Origin: an uncultured Pseudomonadota bacterium
Lineage (GTDB): Bacteria; Oederibacteriota; Muellerivitia; Muellerivitales; Muellerivitaceae
Reading direction: 5' to 3'
DNA length: 64,000 nt
Assembly: GCA_963843375.1 (NCBI GenBank)
Contig: CAWJKT010000003.1
Location: 1 to 64,000 of the forward strand
In this document: piece after piece, positions 31,233-42,005 of the stretch
How the letters are laid out: every line of letters begins with the position of its first letter
Position numbering within the stretch: position 1 is the stretch's first letter
Position numbers and translations under genes: made by a program
Notes under the pieces: model-generated
Database searches by the model: none
What the model saw: only the letters and a program-made list of their open reading frames with translations
What the model was told of the DNA's origin: nothing

Positions 31233-32432
31233 ATGCCTGTTTTGATTCGCTATTATTTGATCGCCATCTGGTCACCCTTTTTCATTTCCACGGCCTTTGT
31301 TCTCTTCCTATTAAACCTTTTGTTTTTTTTAAGGCAATTTTTGGATTATGTGTTTTTATACCAAGTGGATGTGGAGAACTCCTTTAAGTTGTTGCTTTTT
31401 ATCCAGCCGAGTTTTTTGGTTTTGACCATACCCATTGGGTTTCTTATTTCCTTGTTGGTGGTTTATGGGCGTCTGAGCGCCGATCGGGAAGTGGTGGCGG
31501 TTGAGTCCTGCGGTTTTTCTCCCATGATTCTTATTTGGCCGACCATCCTCCTTTCCCTTTTGATGAGTTTGTTTATGGTTTTTTTTATGGATAAAATTTT
31601 GCCCTGGGGAAATGTTTCGTTTTTAAAACTCGATTCCAAGATCATTTCGGAGCGAATGGCCATCGTCGTCCACGAGAGAGTTTTCATCAGGGAATTTGAG
31701 GGTTATGTTTTGTATGTGGGTGAAAAGGATGACAAAAACGACATTCTGAAGAACGTGACTGTTTTGTTTTTAAATGAAAAAAACAATCCTTACCGCATCA
31801 TTCATTCAACGGGGGGGAAGATTGGGACCGATCCCAAAACCTATCATGTACTATTGGATTTGGACGATGGAATATTACAGCAAATGGGTGCGGGGAGGAA
31901 GGAATCGTCCAATGAGTTTTTGCAGATGAAGTTTAGAAACTGTATTTTGGATTTAAGCTCCCATAAGCTTCAAAGCGGTCCGTCCGATTTTAATGATTCC
32001 CGAAATATTTCCATCAAGGAATTGGCGGCTCGAATTGCGGAAAAGAAGAAGTCGAAAGTTGACACCCGATACGATGAAATTGAGTTTCAGAAAAAATTTT
32101 CTCTCCCATTTTCTGCCTTGGCGTTTGCGCTGATCGGTGTTCCTTTGGGCTTGATTATTCGAAATGGCGCCATCGTGGGGCCCTTTTTGGCTGTTTTGCT
32201 GGTGGCGCTCTATGATGGGTTTATTTCTTTTGGTCAAGACGGAGTCAACAATGGCATGCTTTCCCCAGTTATAGCGGCCTGGTTACCTAATGTGGTTTTA
32301 ATTTTGATCGGTATAGTGATGGTCTATTGGTTGAATCACCGGCTTGATTTTTGGCAACACCTTTTTAGCCTAAAGAATAAGAATAAATTCGTTTCTGATA
32401 AGGAACATTTTCTGACGATGGAACCCAAATGA
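31233..32432 (+). CDS. lptF: LptF/LptG family LPS export permease
   Basis: RYYL, P.FLVLTIP.GFL...L..YGRLSADRE..A..S.G, KFSLPF..LAF.LIGVPLG, AAWLPN. Confidence 0.85.
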   Translation: MPVLIRYYLIAIWSPFFISTAFVLFLLNLLFFLRQFLDYVFLYQVDVENSFKLLLFIQPSFLVLTIPIGFLISLLVVYGRLSADREVVAVESCGFSPMILIWPTILLSLLMSLFMVFFMDKILPWGNVSFLKLDSKIISERMAIVVHERVFIREFEGYVLYVGEKDDKNDILKNVTVLFLNEKNNPYRIIHSTGGKIGTDPKTYHVLLDLDDGILQQMGAGRKESSNEFLQMKFRNCILDLSSHKLQSGPSDFNDSRNISIKELAARIAEKKKSKVDTRYDEIEFQKKFSLPFSALAFALIGVPLGLIIRNGAIVGPFLAVLLVALYDGFISFGQDGVNNGMLSPVIAAWLPNVVLILIGIVMVYWLNHRLDFWQHLFSLKNKNKFVSDKEHFLTMEPK

Positions 32433-34546
32433 ATCGGAAGCTCAAGACTTCTCATTTCTTAATGGCGAAATTTCTCTTTCTTTTCTTTTCGATTTGCGTT
32501 TCTCGTGCCTATGGGGATTTATCGCTTTCCCTGGGTGCCCAGGTTCACATTCAAGCCGATACTATTGAGTATTTGCGTGACCAAAATCTGGTCGTCGCAA
32601 AAGGCCAGGTTCATGTCCAACAGAATTCGGTTCAGCTTTATGCGGATACCATCCGATACGATACCGAAGCCCAAGAGGTTTATGCTTATGGCCATGTGGT
32701 TTGGCAGGACGAAAGTCAGGAAGTCGAGACCCAAAGTCTGACCTACAATCTTCGTACGGGACAGGGAAAAGCCTTTAACATCAAAACGACCACGGCACCG
32801 TGGATATCCACCGGTTCCGAGATTGATATCATGCCGGATAAGATTGTTGTTAAAGATGCCGTGACAACTTCCTGCGATTACCCCGAGGGTTATAGGCACT
32901 ATTACATGAAATCAGACAAAATCACGATTTATTCGGGGGATTATTTAGTCGCCGAAAACGTGTTTTTGTTTATCGGCAAGGTTCCGGTTTTTTATTTCCC
33001 TTTTTTCGTTAAAACAATCCATGACATCCGGACACCCTTTTCCATTTCAACCGGGTCCACCGATTACTTGGGAAACTATATCCTGGCCACGACCAATTAT
33101 CTTTTGAATCCTAAAAGTTATGGCGCTCTTTATACGGATTACTTTTTCCAAAAGGGAATTGGGTTGGGGTTGCGCCATGAAATCGCCTTAAATGATTATT
33201 CCGTGTTGTCGCTTTATGGCTATGGCATAGAGGAAAAGGATACGAAACAATTTCGTTGGGAAGGAAGAGTTCGGGGACTTTGGGCTTTTTCCTCGAATTT
33301 CCAAGGCCGTGTGGAAGCGGATTTGCCCGGAGATGGAAATTTCGCTACTGATTATTCCGTCGCCCAGCGGGATCCCAGTTTGGTCTCAACCTTCCGGGAG
33401 TACGATATTTCCACGACTTATACCAACCTCAACTATACTTTAGGGCTTCTCCTCCGGCGGCAGGATTTGGCGGATGGAAGCAATCCTCCGACCAGTGAGT
33501 TTAACTTCATCCGGAACCTTGAAAATTGGCCTCAGGCAACCTTTTCGCTTTTTCCCCAACCTTTGATCGGAAAAAACTTCTTGAAATACGATATGAGCCT
33601 TCAGGGGGACCACACTTATACGGAAAGCAACGGATTTTATGTGACTCATTTAACAGGTGAATTGGGCGTCAGCGAAAGCGCTCTGCTCATGCAAACCCAA
33701 AATATATTTTCAAGGGTGGCCGTCGATGATGCCATTCAAGATGTTTCGGATGTGGGTATTACCATAGGAGCGGGTGCCGCCGGTGAAACCCACAGTATTA
33801 ACATTCAAAATACTTGGACATCCCGGTGGTCGGAGTACTTTAACTCGAACTTTACTTATAACTACGCCCAGAAACTCAATAACCCGGCCCCGTCTGACCC
33901 TCCTCGGGGGGTCACTTCGAATTTGCTTTCGGGGAGGTTGGAATGTGATTTAGGAACGGCCTTGCGAGCGGCTACCAGCACAACCTATGATTTCAACGCC
34001 CAAGTGGGAACGGATGCCTCTCGTTTTGGCTATTTACATGAGGAGTTTTATTTGACGGCTTCAACGCAATTCGACTATACGCTTATTGGCGATTTTTCGG
34101 TTCAGGACAACGCTTTGAAGGATTTGAATAGCATTTTAAATTTTAAAAGTCCCCAAGACATGTGGCGTTTTCGGGTTTCCGGCAATTATGTGGATCCCAA
34201 TTTCACCAATACGGGTCCCGTCACGGAAGGTCTTCCGCCAACGTTAGAAATCGCAGGTGAAGTGGACTTCGCTTTTTTCACCAATTATCGGATTTCGTTA
34301 ATTGAAAGTTATGATTTGACCAATTCCCAATTTGAAACCCGTAGCATCAGTCTTTTCAGGGATTTGCACGATTGGATGGCGGAACTGAATTACACTCAAG
34401 ATCCGATTGAGGGTAATAAGGTGTTTTTTACCTTGAGTCTTAAATCTTTTCCGGGAAGACCTTTGTCAGTATCCAACGATCAACTTCAAAGCTTGAATGG
34501 TTTAAGAAATCAGGGTTTGACGGGTGCGGCCAGCCAGTTCCAGTAA
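32429..34546 (+). CDS. lptD: LPS assembly protein LptD
   Basis: Signal peptide; OstA-like N-domain (ADTIEY, AKGQV, TTSCD, VPVFYFP); beta-barrel ending in RDLHDW. Confidence 0.8.
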   Translation: MNRKLKTSHFLMAKFLFLFFSICVSRAYGDLSLSLGAQVHIQADTIEYLRDQNLVVAKGQVHVQQNSVQLYADTIRYDTEAQEVYAYGHVVWQDESQEVETQSLTYNLRTGQGKAFNIKTTTAPWISTGSEIDIMPDKIVVKDAVTTSCDYPEGYRHYYMKSDKITIYSGDYLVAENVFLFIGKVPVFYFPFFVKTIHDIRTPFSISTGSTDYLGNYILATTNYLLNPKSYGALYTDYFFQKGIGLGLRHEIALNDYSVLSLYGYGIEEKDTKQFRWEGRVRGLWAFSSNFQGRVEADLPGDGNFATDYSVAQRDPSLVSTFREYDISTTYTNLNYTLGLLLRRQDLADGSNPPTSEFNFIRNLENWPQATFSLFPQPLIGKNFLKYDMSLQGDHTYTESNGFYVTHLTGELGVSESALLMQTQNIFSRVAVDDAIQDVSDVGITIGAGAAGETHSINIQNTWTSRWSEYFNSNFTYNYAQKLNNPAPSDPPRGVTSNLLSGRLECDLGTALRAATSTTYDFNAQVGTDASRFGYLHEEFYLTASTQFDYTLIGDFSVQDNALKDLNSILNFKSPQDMWRFRVSGNYVDPNFTNTGPVTEGLPPTLEIAGEVDFAFFTNYRISLIESYDLTNSQFETRSISLFRDLHDWMAELNYTQDPIEGNKVFFTLSLKSFPGRPLSVSNDQLQSLNGLRNQGLTGAASQFQ

Positions 34547-34621
34547 TCAAACCTTACGGCACTAGAAAAAAAGCTCCTCTTTGATTAATAATGATCATCT
34601 TCGGTAAATGGAAAGTGAGTT

Positions 34622-37501
34622 ATGAGAAAAAACAGTATCGTCGTTCGCGGTGCCCGTGAACACAACCTTAAAAACATTTCCGTAGAAATACCCAGGGATC
34701 AGTTGGTGGTTATCACCGGAGTTTCAGGTTCCGGAAAATCTTCTCTGGCTTTTGATACCCTTTACGCGGAGGGGCAAAGACGATACGTGGAGTCGCTTTC
34801 AGCCTATGCCCGACAATTTCTTGGGCTAATGGAAAAACCTGATGTGGATTCAATAGAAGGGCTTTCTCCAGCCGTCGCAATCCAGCAAAAAGCAGGGAGC
34901 CGAAATCCCCGATCCACCGTCGGAACTAGCACTGAAATTTATGATTATCTGCGTCTCATGTTTGCCAGGGTTGGAATCCCGCATTGCATTAAATGTGGAC
35001 GAACCATAAGTCGGCAAACAGTACAACAAATCGTGGATAGGGTGCTTGCCTTCCCGGTTGGTTCAAAGCTCCACATTTTGGCTCCTTTGATTTCCAGCCG
35101 AAAAGGGGAATATAAGAAAATCTTCGATCAAGTTCGCAAGGATGGGTTTGTCCGGGTCCGGGTGGATGGCGTAATTATGGAAGTCGATGATCGTATTAAT
35201 CTTGAGAAAAACCAAAAACATGACATCGAAGTGGTGATTGATCGGCTGGTTTTAAAACCCGAGATTAAAAAACGACTTGCCGATTCGCTTGAAACGGCAT
35301 CCAAACAAGGAGAGGGCATCGTAAAGGTCCTTGTGGGTTCCGGCGCAAAGGAAGAGGAACACCTCTTTTCCGAACACAATGCTTGCGTATATTGCGGCAT
35401 CAGTATGGAAGAGCCGGCGCCCCGAAATTTTTCATTCAATAATCCACATGGGGCTTGTCCAGCTTGTACCGGAATGGGTTTTAAGATGGAAGCGGACGAA
35501 TCTCTTGTGGTGGACCCAGAGAAGTCCATTCTAGAAGGAGCCATCGACCCCTATGACTCGCCCAAATCGGTTTATTATCAAAATCTAGTCGAAGGTCTTT
35601 GCCAACATTTCGGGGTCAAACAAGAAACCCCGTTTAAAAAACTGCCTCAAAAGGTCAAGGACGCCATTCTTTTTGGGACACAGGAAGAAATGGAATTCAA
35701 AATTCAAAAAGGAAGTTATCGGCAAAAATTTTGGGGACCATTTGAGGGAGTTATTCCAAATTTAGAGAGGCGTTATCAGGAGACTGATTCCGAATCTATC
35801 CGAGAAGACATTGAAAAATATCTGGTAAGTAAAGCCTGCCGGACTTGCAAAGGGACAAGATTAAAACCCGAAAGTTTGGCTGTGACCATCGATGATAAGA
35901 ACATTATTGACGTGACCAGATTTTCGGTAAAAAAATGCCTGGAGTTTTTTGATCAATTAGGGTTGGACGGGAAATCGTTGGCGGTTGCTGGCCAAATATT
36001 AAAAGAGGTCAAAAGTCGACTGTCTTTTCTCAAAAACGTCGGTCTAGATTATTTGACATTGGATCGAATGACCGCATCCTTGTCCGGCGGAGAGGCCCAA
36101 CGCATTCATTTGGCTACCCAGATTGGTAGTGCTTTAGTGGGGGTTCTTTATATTTTGGACGAACCTTCCATAGGCTTGCATCAACGAGATAACGTTAGGC
36201 TTCTGAATACTCTTAATCATTTGCGGGATATTGGAAACACCGTGATTGTCGTGGAACATGACGAAGACACTATTGAAGCGGCTGATTTTATTGTCGACAT
36301 GGGAATTGGAGCTGGGATTGAGGGTGGTGAAGTCGTGGTGTCAGGATCCCTGGACCAGATTCTTTCCAATCGGCGATCCTTGACGGGTCAATATCTTACT
36401 GGGGAACTTTCAATTCCCACAAAACTCGAAACCGGAAGAAAACAAGAAAAATTTATAACATTGGTGGGCGCCTCCAAAAATAACCTTAAAAATCTGACGA
36501 TAAAGTTGCCCTTGGGCTGTTTTATAGCCGTCACCGGAGTTTCGGGTTCCGGAAAAAGCACCTTAGTGATGGAAACCCTATACCCCGCCTTACTTCATCA
36601 ACTTTATCAGTTAAGAATAAAGCCGGAAGGATATGAGTCCTTGTCGGGAGTGGAAAACATCGACAAAATCATTGAAATTGATCAATCCCCTATAGGGCGC
36701 ACGCCTCGATCTAATCCAGCAACCTATACCGGTGTTTTTACCCAAGTCCGAGATCTTTTTGCCAGATTACCCGAGTCCAAAGTCCGAGGTTACAAGGAAG
36801 GACGTTTTAGTTTTAATGTAAAGGGAGGACGCTGCGAGGCTTGTGAGGGGGATGGCGTTATCAAGATAGAAATGCATTTTTTGCCTGATGTTTATGTACC
36901 CTGTGAAGTTTGCAAAGGGAAGCGTTATAACCGAGAGACTTTGGAGATATTGTTCAAAGGCAAAAGTATTTCCGATATTTTGGAATTAAGCGTGGAGGAG
37001 GCCCTGCCTTTTTTCTCTTCCATTCCCAAAATCAATAAAGTATTAGAAACGCTACTTGAGGTTGGGTTGGGTTATATCAAGCTGGGCCAAGCGGCAACAA
37101 CACTTTCTGGGGGGGAAGCTCAAAGGGTTAAACTTTCAACGGAGCTGGGGAAACGGAGTACCGGCAGGACAATGTATATCCTGGATGAACCGACCACGGG
37201 ACTGCATTTCGCGGATGTTCACCATCTCACTCGGGTTTTGAATCGATTAGTTGACGCCGGCAATACTGTAGTTGTAATTGAGCATAATTTGGATGTCATT
37301 AAAATGGCGGATTACATTCTTGATTTGGGGCCGGAAGGTGGGGACGAGGGCGGTCAATTGGTGGCATCGGGCAGCGTAAAGCAAGTGATGGAAAACACAA
37401 AATCGCATACGGGTCAATTTTTAGCCATGAAAGTTCGAAAAGATCTAAACAGGTTGAAAAAACAGGGAAAACCAGTAATGGCGACCGGAATTGCGCGTTG
37501 A
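34622..37501 (+). CDS. uvrA: Excinuclease ABC subunit A
   Basis: GAREHNLKN, two Walker A GVSGSGKS, zinc fingers, LSGGEAQR twice. Confidence 0.98.
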   Translation: MRKNSIVVRGAREHNLKNISVEIPRDQLVVITGVSGSGKSSLAFDTLYAEGQRRYVESLSAYARQFLGLMEKPDVDSIEGLSPAVAIQQKAGSRNPRSTVGTSTEIYDYLRLMFARVGIPHCIKCGRTISRQTVQQIVDRVLAFPVGSKLHILAPLISSRKGEYKKIFDQVRKDGFVRVRVDGVIMEVDDRINLEKNQKHDIEVVIDRLVLKPEIKKRLADSLETASKQGEGIVKVLVGSGAKEEEHLFSEHNACVYCGISMEEPAPRNFSFNNPHGACPACTGMGFKMEADESLVVDPEKSILEGAIDPYDSPKSVYYQNLVEGLCQHFGVKQETPFKKLPQKVKDAILFGTQEEMEFKIQKGSYRQKFWGPFEGVIPNLERRYQETDSESIREDIEKYLVSKACRTCKGTRLKPESLAVTIDDKNIIDVTRFSVKKCLEFFDQLGLDGKSLAVAGQILKEVKSRLSFLKNVGLDYLTLDRMTASLSGGEAQRIHLATQIGSALVGVLYILDEPSIGLHQRDNVRLLNTLNHLRDIGNTVIVVEHDEDTIEAADFIVDMGIGAGIEGGEVVVSGSLDQILSNRRSLTGQYLTGELSIPTKLETGRKQEKFITLVGASKNNLKNLTIKLPLGCFIAVTGVSGSGKSTLVMETLYPALLHQLYQLRIKPEGYESLSGVENIDKIIEIDQSPIGRTPRSNPATYTGVFTQVRDLFARLPESKVRGYKEGRFSFNVKGGRCEACEGDGVIKIEMHFLPDVYVPCEVCKGKRYNRETLEILFKGKSISDILELSVEEALPFFSSIPKINKVLETLLEVGLGYIKLGQAATTLSGGEAQRVKLSTELGKRSTGRTMYILDEPTTGLHFADVHHLTRVLNRLVDAGNTVVVIEHNLDVIKMADYILDLGPEGGDEGGQLVASGSVKQVMENTKSHTGQFLAMKVRKDLNRLKKQGKPVMATGIAR

Positions 37502-37563
37502 CGGTCATTTATAGCAAGGATATAATTTCAGTAATCCATAATTTTAAAGGGGTTTCTTTCATC

Positions 37564-38535
37564 TTGAAAAAAAATTCTAAGCGATTCCAAGCCTTTGTTA
37601 AAGTCACCACCGTATTTATTTTCATTCTCTTGGCGAGTTTCCAACCTGCTTTTTCTGGAGGCCCCGGCTCCACGGGCGACGTAGAACTCAAAATTCCTGT
37701 GGGACCCCGCGCGATTGCTATGGGTCAAGCCTTTGTGGCGGTTGCCGATGATGCTAATGCTGTTTATTGGAATCCCGCGGGATTAAATCAATTGGGTGGT
37801 TCGATGTTGACCGCTCAGTATGATTCATTCATTAGTACGATAAGTTATGAGTTTTTGGCCATCGCAACGAAATTAGGCAATAATGCGGCCATTGGCTTGG
37901 GATCGAAAATATTAACTACGGGTCCACCGGAACAAGCGATCGATAGTAGTGGAAATCCCACCACCGGGTCGGTCTATGAAAACTATATGGATATTGATTT
38001 ATCAGGTGCTTATCGGTTGAGCTATTATTTTGATGTTGGTTTAACAGCGAAATACATTAATAAAAACTTATCCGGAACCAGTTCCTCCACTATTGCATTT
38101 GATATAGGGGTTCTTTATAAGACGCCTATTCCACATTTTACCGCAGGTCTTAACCTTCAAAACTTAGGGCCGGGAAGCACTTTTGACCAGGTAACGGATC
38201 CACTTCCTCTCAATCTGAAAATCGGTGTGGCTTACAGGATGTTTGATGATGACTTCACTACTGCTTTTGATATGAACTTTCCAAATGACAACGCCATATC
38301 CGCTAATTTGGGGGGGGAATACTGGTATAAAAATACCCTGGTTGGCCGGTTTGGCTACCAATTTCAGGGTTCAGTCGATCAAAATGAAGTTGGGATCGGC
38401 GGGAAAGCGGGTTTGTATTTGGGAGCCGGGGTGAAAGTAGCGGCCTTTAAAGATTTCATCGGTTTGGATTATGCCTGGACGAACGATGGTTTCCTTGGCG
38501 CGGAAAATTTATTTGCCCTGGACTTTTATTTCTAA
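37564..38535 (+). CDS. Second PorV/PorQ-like outer-membrane beta-barrel
   Basis: LKIPVGPRAIAMGQAFVAVADDANAVYWNPAGL; LPLNLKIGVAY; C-terminal Phe (LDFYF); start placed at TTG 37564 after AAGGGG (ORF open from 37498). Confidence 0.8.
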   Translation: MKKNSKRFQAFVKVTTVFIFILLASFQPAFSGGPGSTGDVELKIPVGPRAIAMGQAFVAVADDANAVYWNPAGLNQLGGSMLTAQYDSFISTISYEFLAIATKLGNNAAIGLGSKILTTGPPEQAIDSSGNPTTGSVYENYMDIDLSGAYRLSYYFDVGLTAKYINKNLSGTSSSTIAFDIGVLYKTPIPHFTAGLNLQNLGPGSTFDQVTDPLPLNLKIGVAYRMFDDDFTTAFDMNFPNDNAISANLGGEYWYKNTLVGRFGYQFQGSVDQNEVGIGGKAGLYLGAGVKVAAFKDFIGLDYAWTNDGFLGAENLFALDFYF

Positions 38536-38541
38536 TCTTTA

Positions 38542-38569
38542 TTGCCTTCCATTCGTTTTTCCTTATACT
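38542..38569 (+). promoter_or_regulatory. Candidate sigma70 promoter for the Crp-family gene
   Basis: TTGCCT-16 nt-TATACT. Confidence 0.35.
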
Positions 38570-38654
38570 CCTTTTGGGATTAGATGTTGTAACAATCTGA
38601 GTTGGATTTTTAATTAGCTAATATTCACGCGACCCATTTAACGTTTAAGGAAAC

Positions 38655-39314
38655 ATGATGAGTTCCGAACAAGAAATTTTTGAAAAATGTGGCAGGTCCT
38701 ACAATGCCAATGATGTCATTTTCCGTGAAGGCGACATGGGCAATGAGATGTTTATTATCCAGTCGGGCAAGGTGAAAATCACAAAACAGTTAAAAGATGG
38801 TGTTGAAAAGACCTTGGTCATTTTAGGGCCGGGGGATTTTTTCGGAGAAATGGCTGTTATTGACAAGGATGTCCGCTCGGCCAACGCGATTGCAATTGAA
38901 CCCTCGCGTCTCATTGCTTTAGATGAAGAAGTATTTGAGATGCATATGCAAACCAATCCAAAGATTGTCAAAAAAATTCTGAAAAACTTAACATCCCGCC
39001 TACGGGAATCAAATCAACAAATAGCCAACCTGATGATCAAGGATGCCAACCGGTTAGTGGCCAATACTATTTTGTTAGTCGTTCACAAACATGGCGAAGA
39101 AGGTCCGAACGGAATCACTGTGGACATTCCTTTTACAGTCGGGGAATTGAGTAAGATGTGCGGCCTGGAAAATGCGAAAACCCAGGAAATTGTGGAGAAG
39201 CTCATCAAGGCCAAAGTTGTTCGTTTGTCGGGTGAAACAATCATGGTAACAAGTTTGGATAATCTTGAGAAATTCATTAAATTTTTGGAGATGAAGGAAC
39301 AATTCGGCGAATAG
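38655..39314 (+). CDS. Crp/Fnr family cyclic-nucleotide-binding regulator
   Basis: IFREGD.G..MFIIQSGKVKI, GDFFGEMA....RSA; C-terminal winged HTH-like region. Confidence 0.88.
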   Translation: MMSSEQEIFEKCGRSYNANDVIFREGDMGNEMFIIQSGKVKITKQLKDGVEKTLVILGPGDFFGEMAVIDKDVRSANAIAIEPSRLIALDEEVFEMHMQTNPKIVKKILKNLTSRLRESNQQIANLMIKDANRLVANTILLVVHKHGEEGPNGITVDIPFTVGELSKMCGLENAKTQEIVEKLIKAKVVRLSGETIMVTSLDNLEKFIKFLEMKEQFGE

Positions 39315-39329
39315 CTGAAATTTATCTTC

Positions 39330-39358
39330 AAGCCCCGCAATTTTGTGGGGCTTTTTTT
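39330..39358 (+). terminator. Intrinsic terminator after the Crp-family gene
   Basis: AAGCCCCGCAA-TT-TTGTGGGGCTT followed by a T run. Confidence 0.85.
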
Positions 39359-39437
39359 GTAAGTTGTTATGAGATGATGGTTTACAAGATCGTCACAATG
39401 CCCCTCAATGACAAGAAATTAAACCCAGAGTAAAAAA

Positions 39438-40412
39438 GTGATACTGACAGAAATAACGGCATCCATACAAAACGATTTAAACCGGGTCGAGCAAAGAATT
39501 GCCGAAACGCTCCGCACCGAAAATGTTTTTATCCAACAAATGGTGGATTATCTTTCCCATTCCACGGGCAAGCGAATCAGGCCCGCTCTTGGTATTTTAT
39601 CGGCTAAATATTGTGGCCGAGTCACCGATGAAACAATCGCGTTGGGGGCGGCGTTGGAAATGATCCATGTGGCCACCCTCATTCATGATGATATTATTGA
39701 CAATTCCGAAGTCCGTCGAAAACAAAAAACCTTGAATTTTAAATGGGGAAATGAGATTTCGGTTTTGATGGGGGATTATGTTTTCGCGTCCTCTTTTTAT
39801 TTAATGGCGAAAAAACTTCCTAAAAACGTCTTGAGCACCCTTGCGGACACGACCAATATTATTTGCAGAGGGGAGATATCGGAAACCTTCCATCGGTTCA
39901 ACGCGGATTTGACAGAGGCCCAATATTTTGAAGTTATCAAGGAAAAAACGGCGAGCCTTTTTGCCGCTAGCTGTCAGACGGGCGCTATGTTGGCGGAGGG
40001 CGATGAAGGGGATATCGAAAACCTCTATCGTTTTGGCATGGGAATCGGGATGGCCTTTCAAGTGATTGATGATACGTTGGATTTTGTTGGCAAAGAATCC
40101 ACGATCGGGAAACCTATTATGAGTGATATACGGGAAGGTAAACTTACCCTTCCGGTGATCCATTGTTTCAATTGCGCCACCGCTGGGGAAAAGGAAAAAC
40201 TGACCTCTATTATCCTGAGCAAAGTAAAGAGCGATTTGGATTTCCGGTTTTTGAATTCCTTGATTGAAAAATACAAAGCTATCGATTTTTCAATCCAAAG
40301 AGCTCGTCTTTTCGTGGAGGAAGCCAAGGGCGCTCTAGATGAATTAGATGAAAATCCCTCCAAGAGCGAATTGCTCCATTTCGCAGATTTCTTAATCGAC
40401 CGCGATTTTTAA
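39438..40412 (+). CDS. Long-chain trans-polyprenyl diphosphate synthase (IspB/HepT-like)
   Basis: GKRIRP, ATLIHDDIID..RR (small residue five positions before the first DDxxD), KTASLF, FQVIDDTLD, GK.TLP. Confidence 0.9.
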   Translation: MILTEITASIQNDLNRVEQRIAETLRTENVFIQQMVDYLSHSTGKRIRPALGILSAKYCGRVTDETIALGAALEMIHVATLIHDDIIDNSEVRRKQKTLNFKWGNEISVLMGDYVFASSFYLMAKKLPKNVLSTLADTTNIICRGEISETFHRFNADLTEAQYFEVIKEKTASLFAASCQTGAMLAEGDEGDIENLYRFGMGIGMAFQVIDDTLDFVGKESTIGKPIMSDIREGKLTLPVIHCFNCATAGEKEKLTSIILSKVKSDLDFRFLNSLIEKYKAIDFSIQRARLFVEEAKGALDELDENPSKSELLHFADFLIDRDF

Positions 40413-40532
40413 AAAAGTGATGGTGGTCTTTGCGATTTGGTTTCGAAGTTATGCCTTGAATTTTAACGCGTTGGTGTGTATAGAATAGGCTGCTTTTTGA
40501 ACCCCAACCCGAATCGTTTTTGAGAGAGGTCT

Positions 40533-40913
40533 ATGCTAGAACAATATGGTTATGTTTTGGTTTTCCTCTTTGCTGGAATTTTTTTCATTCTTATGGCGTT
40601 TGTGACTGGTTGGGCGTTAAGTCCAAATGGTTTACTCGGCCTTAAATACAAATATAAAAAAGAAATTTTAGTCGATACCTACGAATGTGGCGTTGAAACC
40701 TACGGAACATCCTGGATTAGGTTTAATGTTAGCTTTTATCTTTACGCCCTTTTATTCGTCATTTTTGACATTGAAACAGTGTTTTTATACCCTTGGGCGG
40801 TTTCCTTCCGGCAATTAGGCATGTCGGGGTTCTTGGAAATGATTGTTTTTATAGCTATTTTATTGGTAGGACTTGCTTACGCTTGGAAGAAGGAGGCCTT
40901 GAAATGGGAGTAG
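40533..40913 (+). CDS. nuoA: Complex I subunit A
   Basis: [26 protein letters not shown]. Confidence 0.95.
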   Translation: MLEQYGYVLVFLFAGIFFILMAFVTGWALSPNGLLGLKYKYKKEILVDTYECGVETYGTSWIRFNVSFYLYALLFVIFDIETVFLYPWAVSFRQLGMSGFLEMIVFIAILLVGLAYAWKKEALKWE

Positions 40914-41446
40914 GTTTAAAAGGTTTATCCAAACCTGAGATCGATTTAATGGAAAGCGAAAGTAAAATTCCGGGTTTGTGGACTTTGGAAAAGGCCGTTG
41001 GGTTCATTTTCCGTTGGGCCAGGAAAAATTCATTGTGGCCGCTTCAGTTCGGAACGGCCTGTTGTGCCATTGAAATGATGGCGACTGCCGCCGGTCGTTA
41101 CGATATTGCCCGTTTTGGCGCGGAGGTTTTTAGGCCTTCACCCCGCCAGGCGGATCTTATTATTGCGGCTGGGACGATCACCGAGAAAATGGGTTACGCC
41201 CTAAAAAAGCTTTATGAACAGATGCCCAAGCCAAGTTGGATTATCGCCATGGGCAGTTGCACCATCGCCGGTGGGCCTTATTACTATGATTCCTATACTG
41301 TCGTCAAAGGGATTGATTCCTTTGTGCCTGTTGATGTTTATGTCCCGGGGTGTCCGCCGAGGCCTGAATCGTTGCTTCATGGATTGATGGCGATCCAAAA
41401 AAAAATCGAAGATGAGCCGATTTTTCGCCGCCGCCCAAACACCTAA
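40904..41446 (+). CDS. nuoB: Complex I subunit B
   Basis: [37 protein letters not shown] at 40904. Confidence 0.95.
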   Translation: MGVGLKGLSKPEIDLMESESKIPGLWTLEKAVGFIFRWARKNSLWPLQFGTACCAIEMMATAAGRYDIARFGAEVFRPSPRQADLIIAAGTITEKMGYALKKLYEQMPKPSWIIAMGSCTIAGGPYYYDSYTVVKGIDSFVPVDVYVPGCPPRPESLLHGLMAIQKKIEDEPIFRRRPNT

Positions 41447-41531
41447 GATTCATCGATCGAAAATTTGTTAAAAGACTGATCTTCAAATAGTGAATGATTG
41501 AATCGTTGATTACCCAAAAAGGTTGGTTTTT

Positions 41532-42005
41532 ATGACTGTGGACGAGCTTAAAACCAAAATTGAAACTGACTTTAAAGATAAAATTCTATCGGTTGTTTTG
41601 TCGGCTCAAAAGGAAGTCATTGTTGCGGCTAAGGCGGAAACATACGTTTCTTTGTGTCAGGATTTGAAGAACAAGCCGGACTATTCTTTCCAACACCTCT
41701 CTTGTCTTACCGCTGTTGATTATATTAAAGATAATAAAATCACGGTTGTCAGCCATCTTTGGTCCTACTCCAAATGCCATCAGGTAACCATTAAATTGGA
41801 TGTTGATCGGGCTACCGCCAAGGCACCCACGATTGAGAATGTTTGGAAAAGCGCCAATTGGTTTGAAAGGGAAGTTTACGATCTTTACGGTGTGATCTTT
41901 GAAGGGCATTCGGATTTACGACGAATTATGATGCCGGACGATTACATCAAGTATCCTCTCAGAAAGGATTTCACCGATGACGGATTTATTGTTAAGCCAA
42001 ATTAA
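41532..42005 (+). CDS. nuoC: Complex I subunit C
   Basis: [34 protein letters not shown]. Confidence 0.95.
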   Translation: MTVDELKTKIETDFKDKILSVVLSAQKEVIVAAKAETYVSLCQDLKNKPDYSFQHLSCLTAVDYIKDNKITVVSHLWSYSKCHQVTIKLDVDRATAKAPTIENVWKSANWFEREVYDLYGVIFEGHSDLRRIMMPDDYIKYPLRKDFTDDGFIVKPN

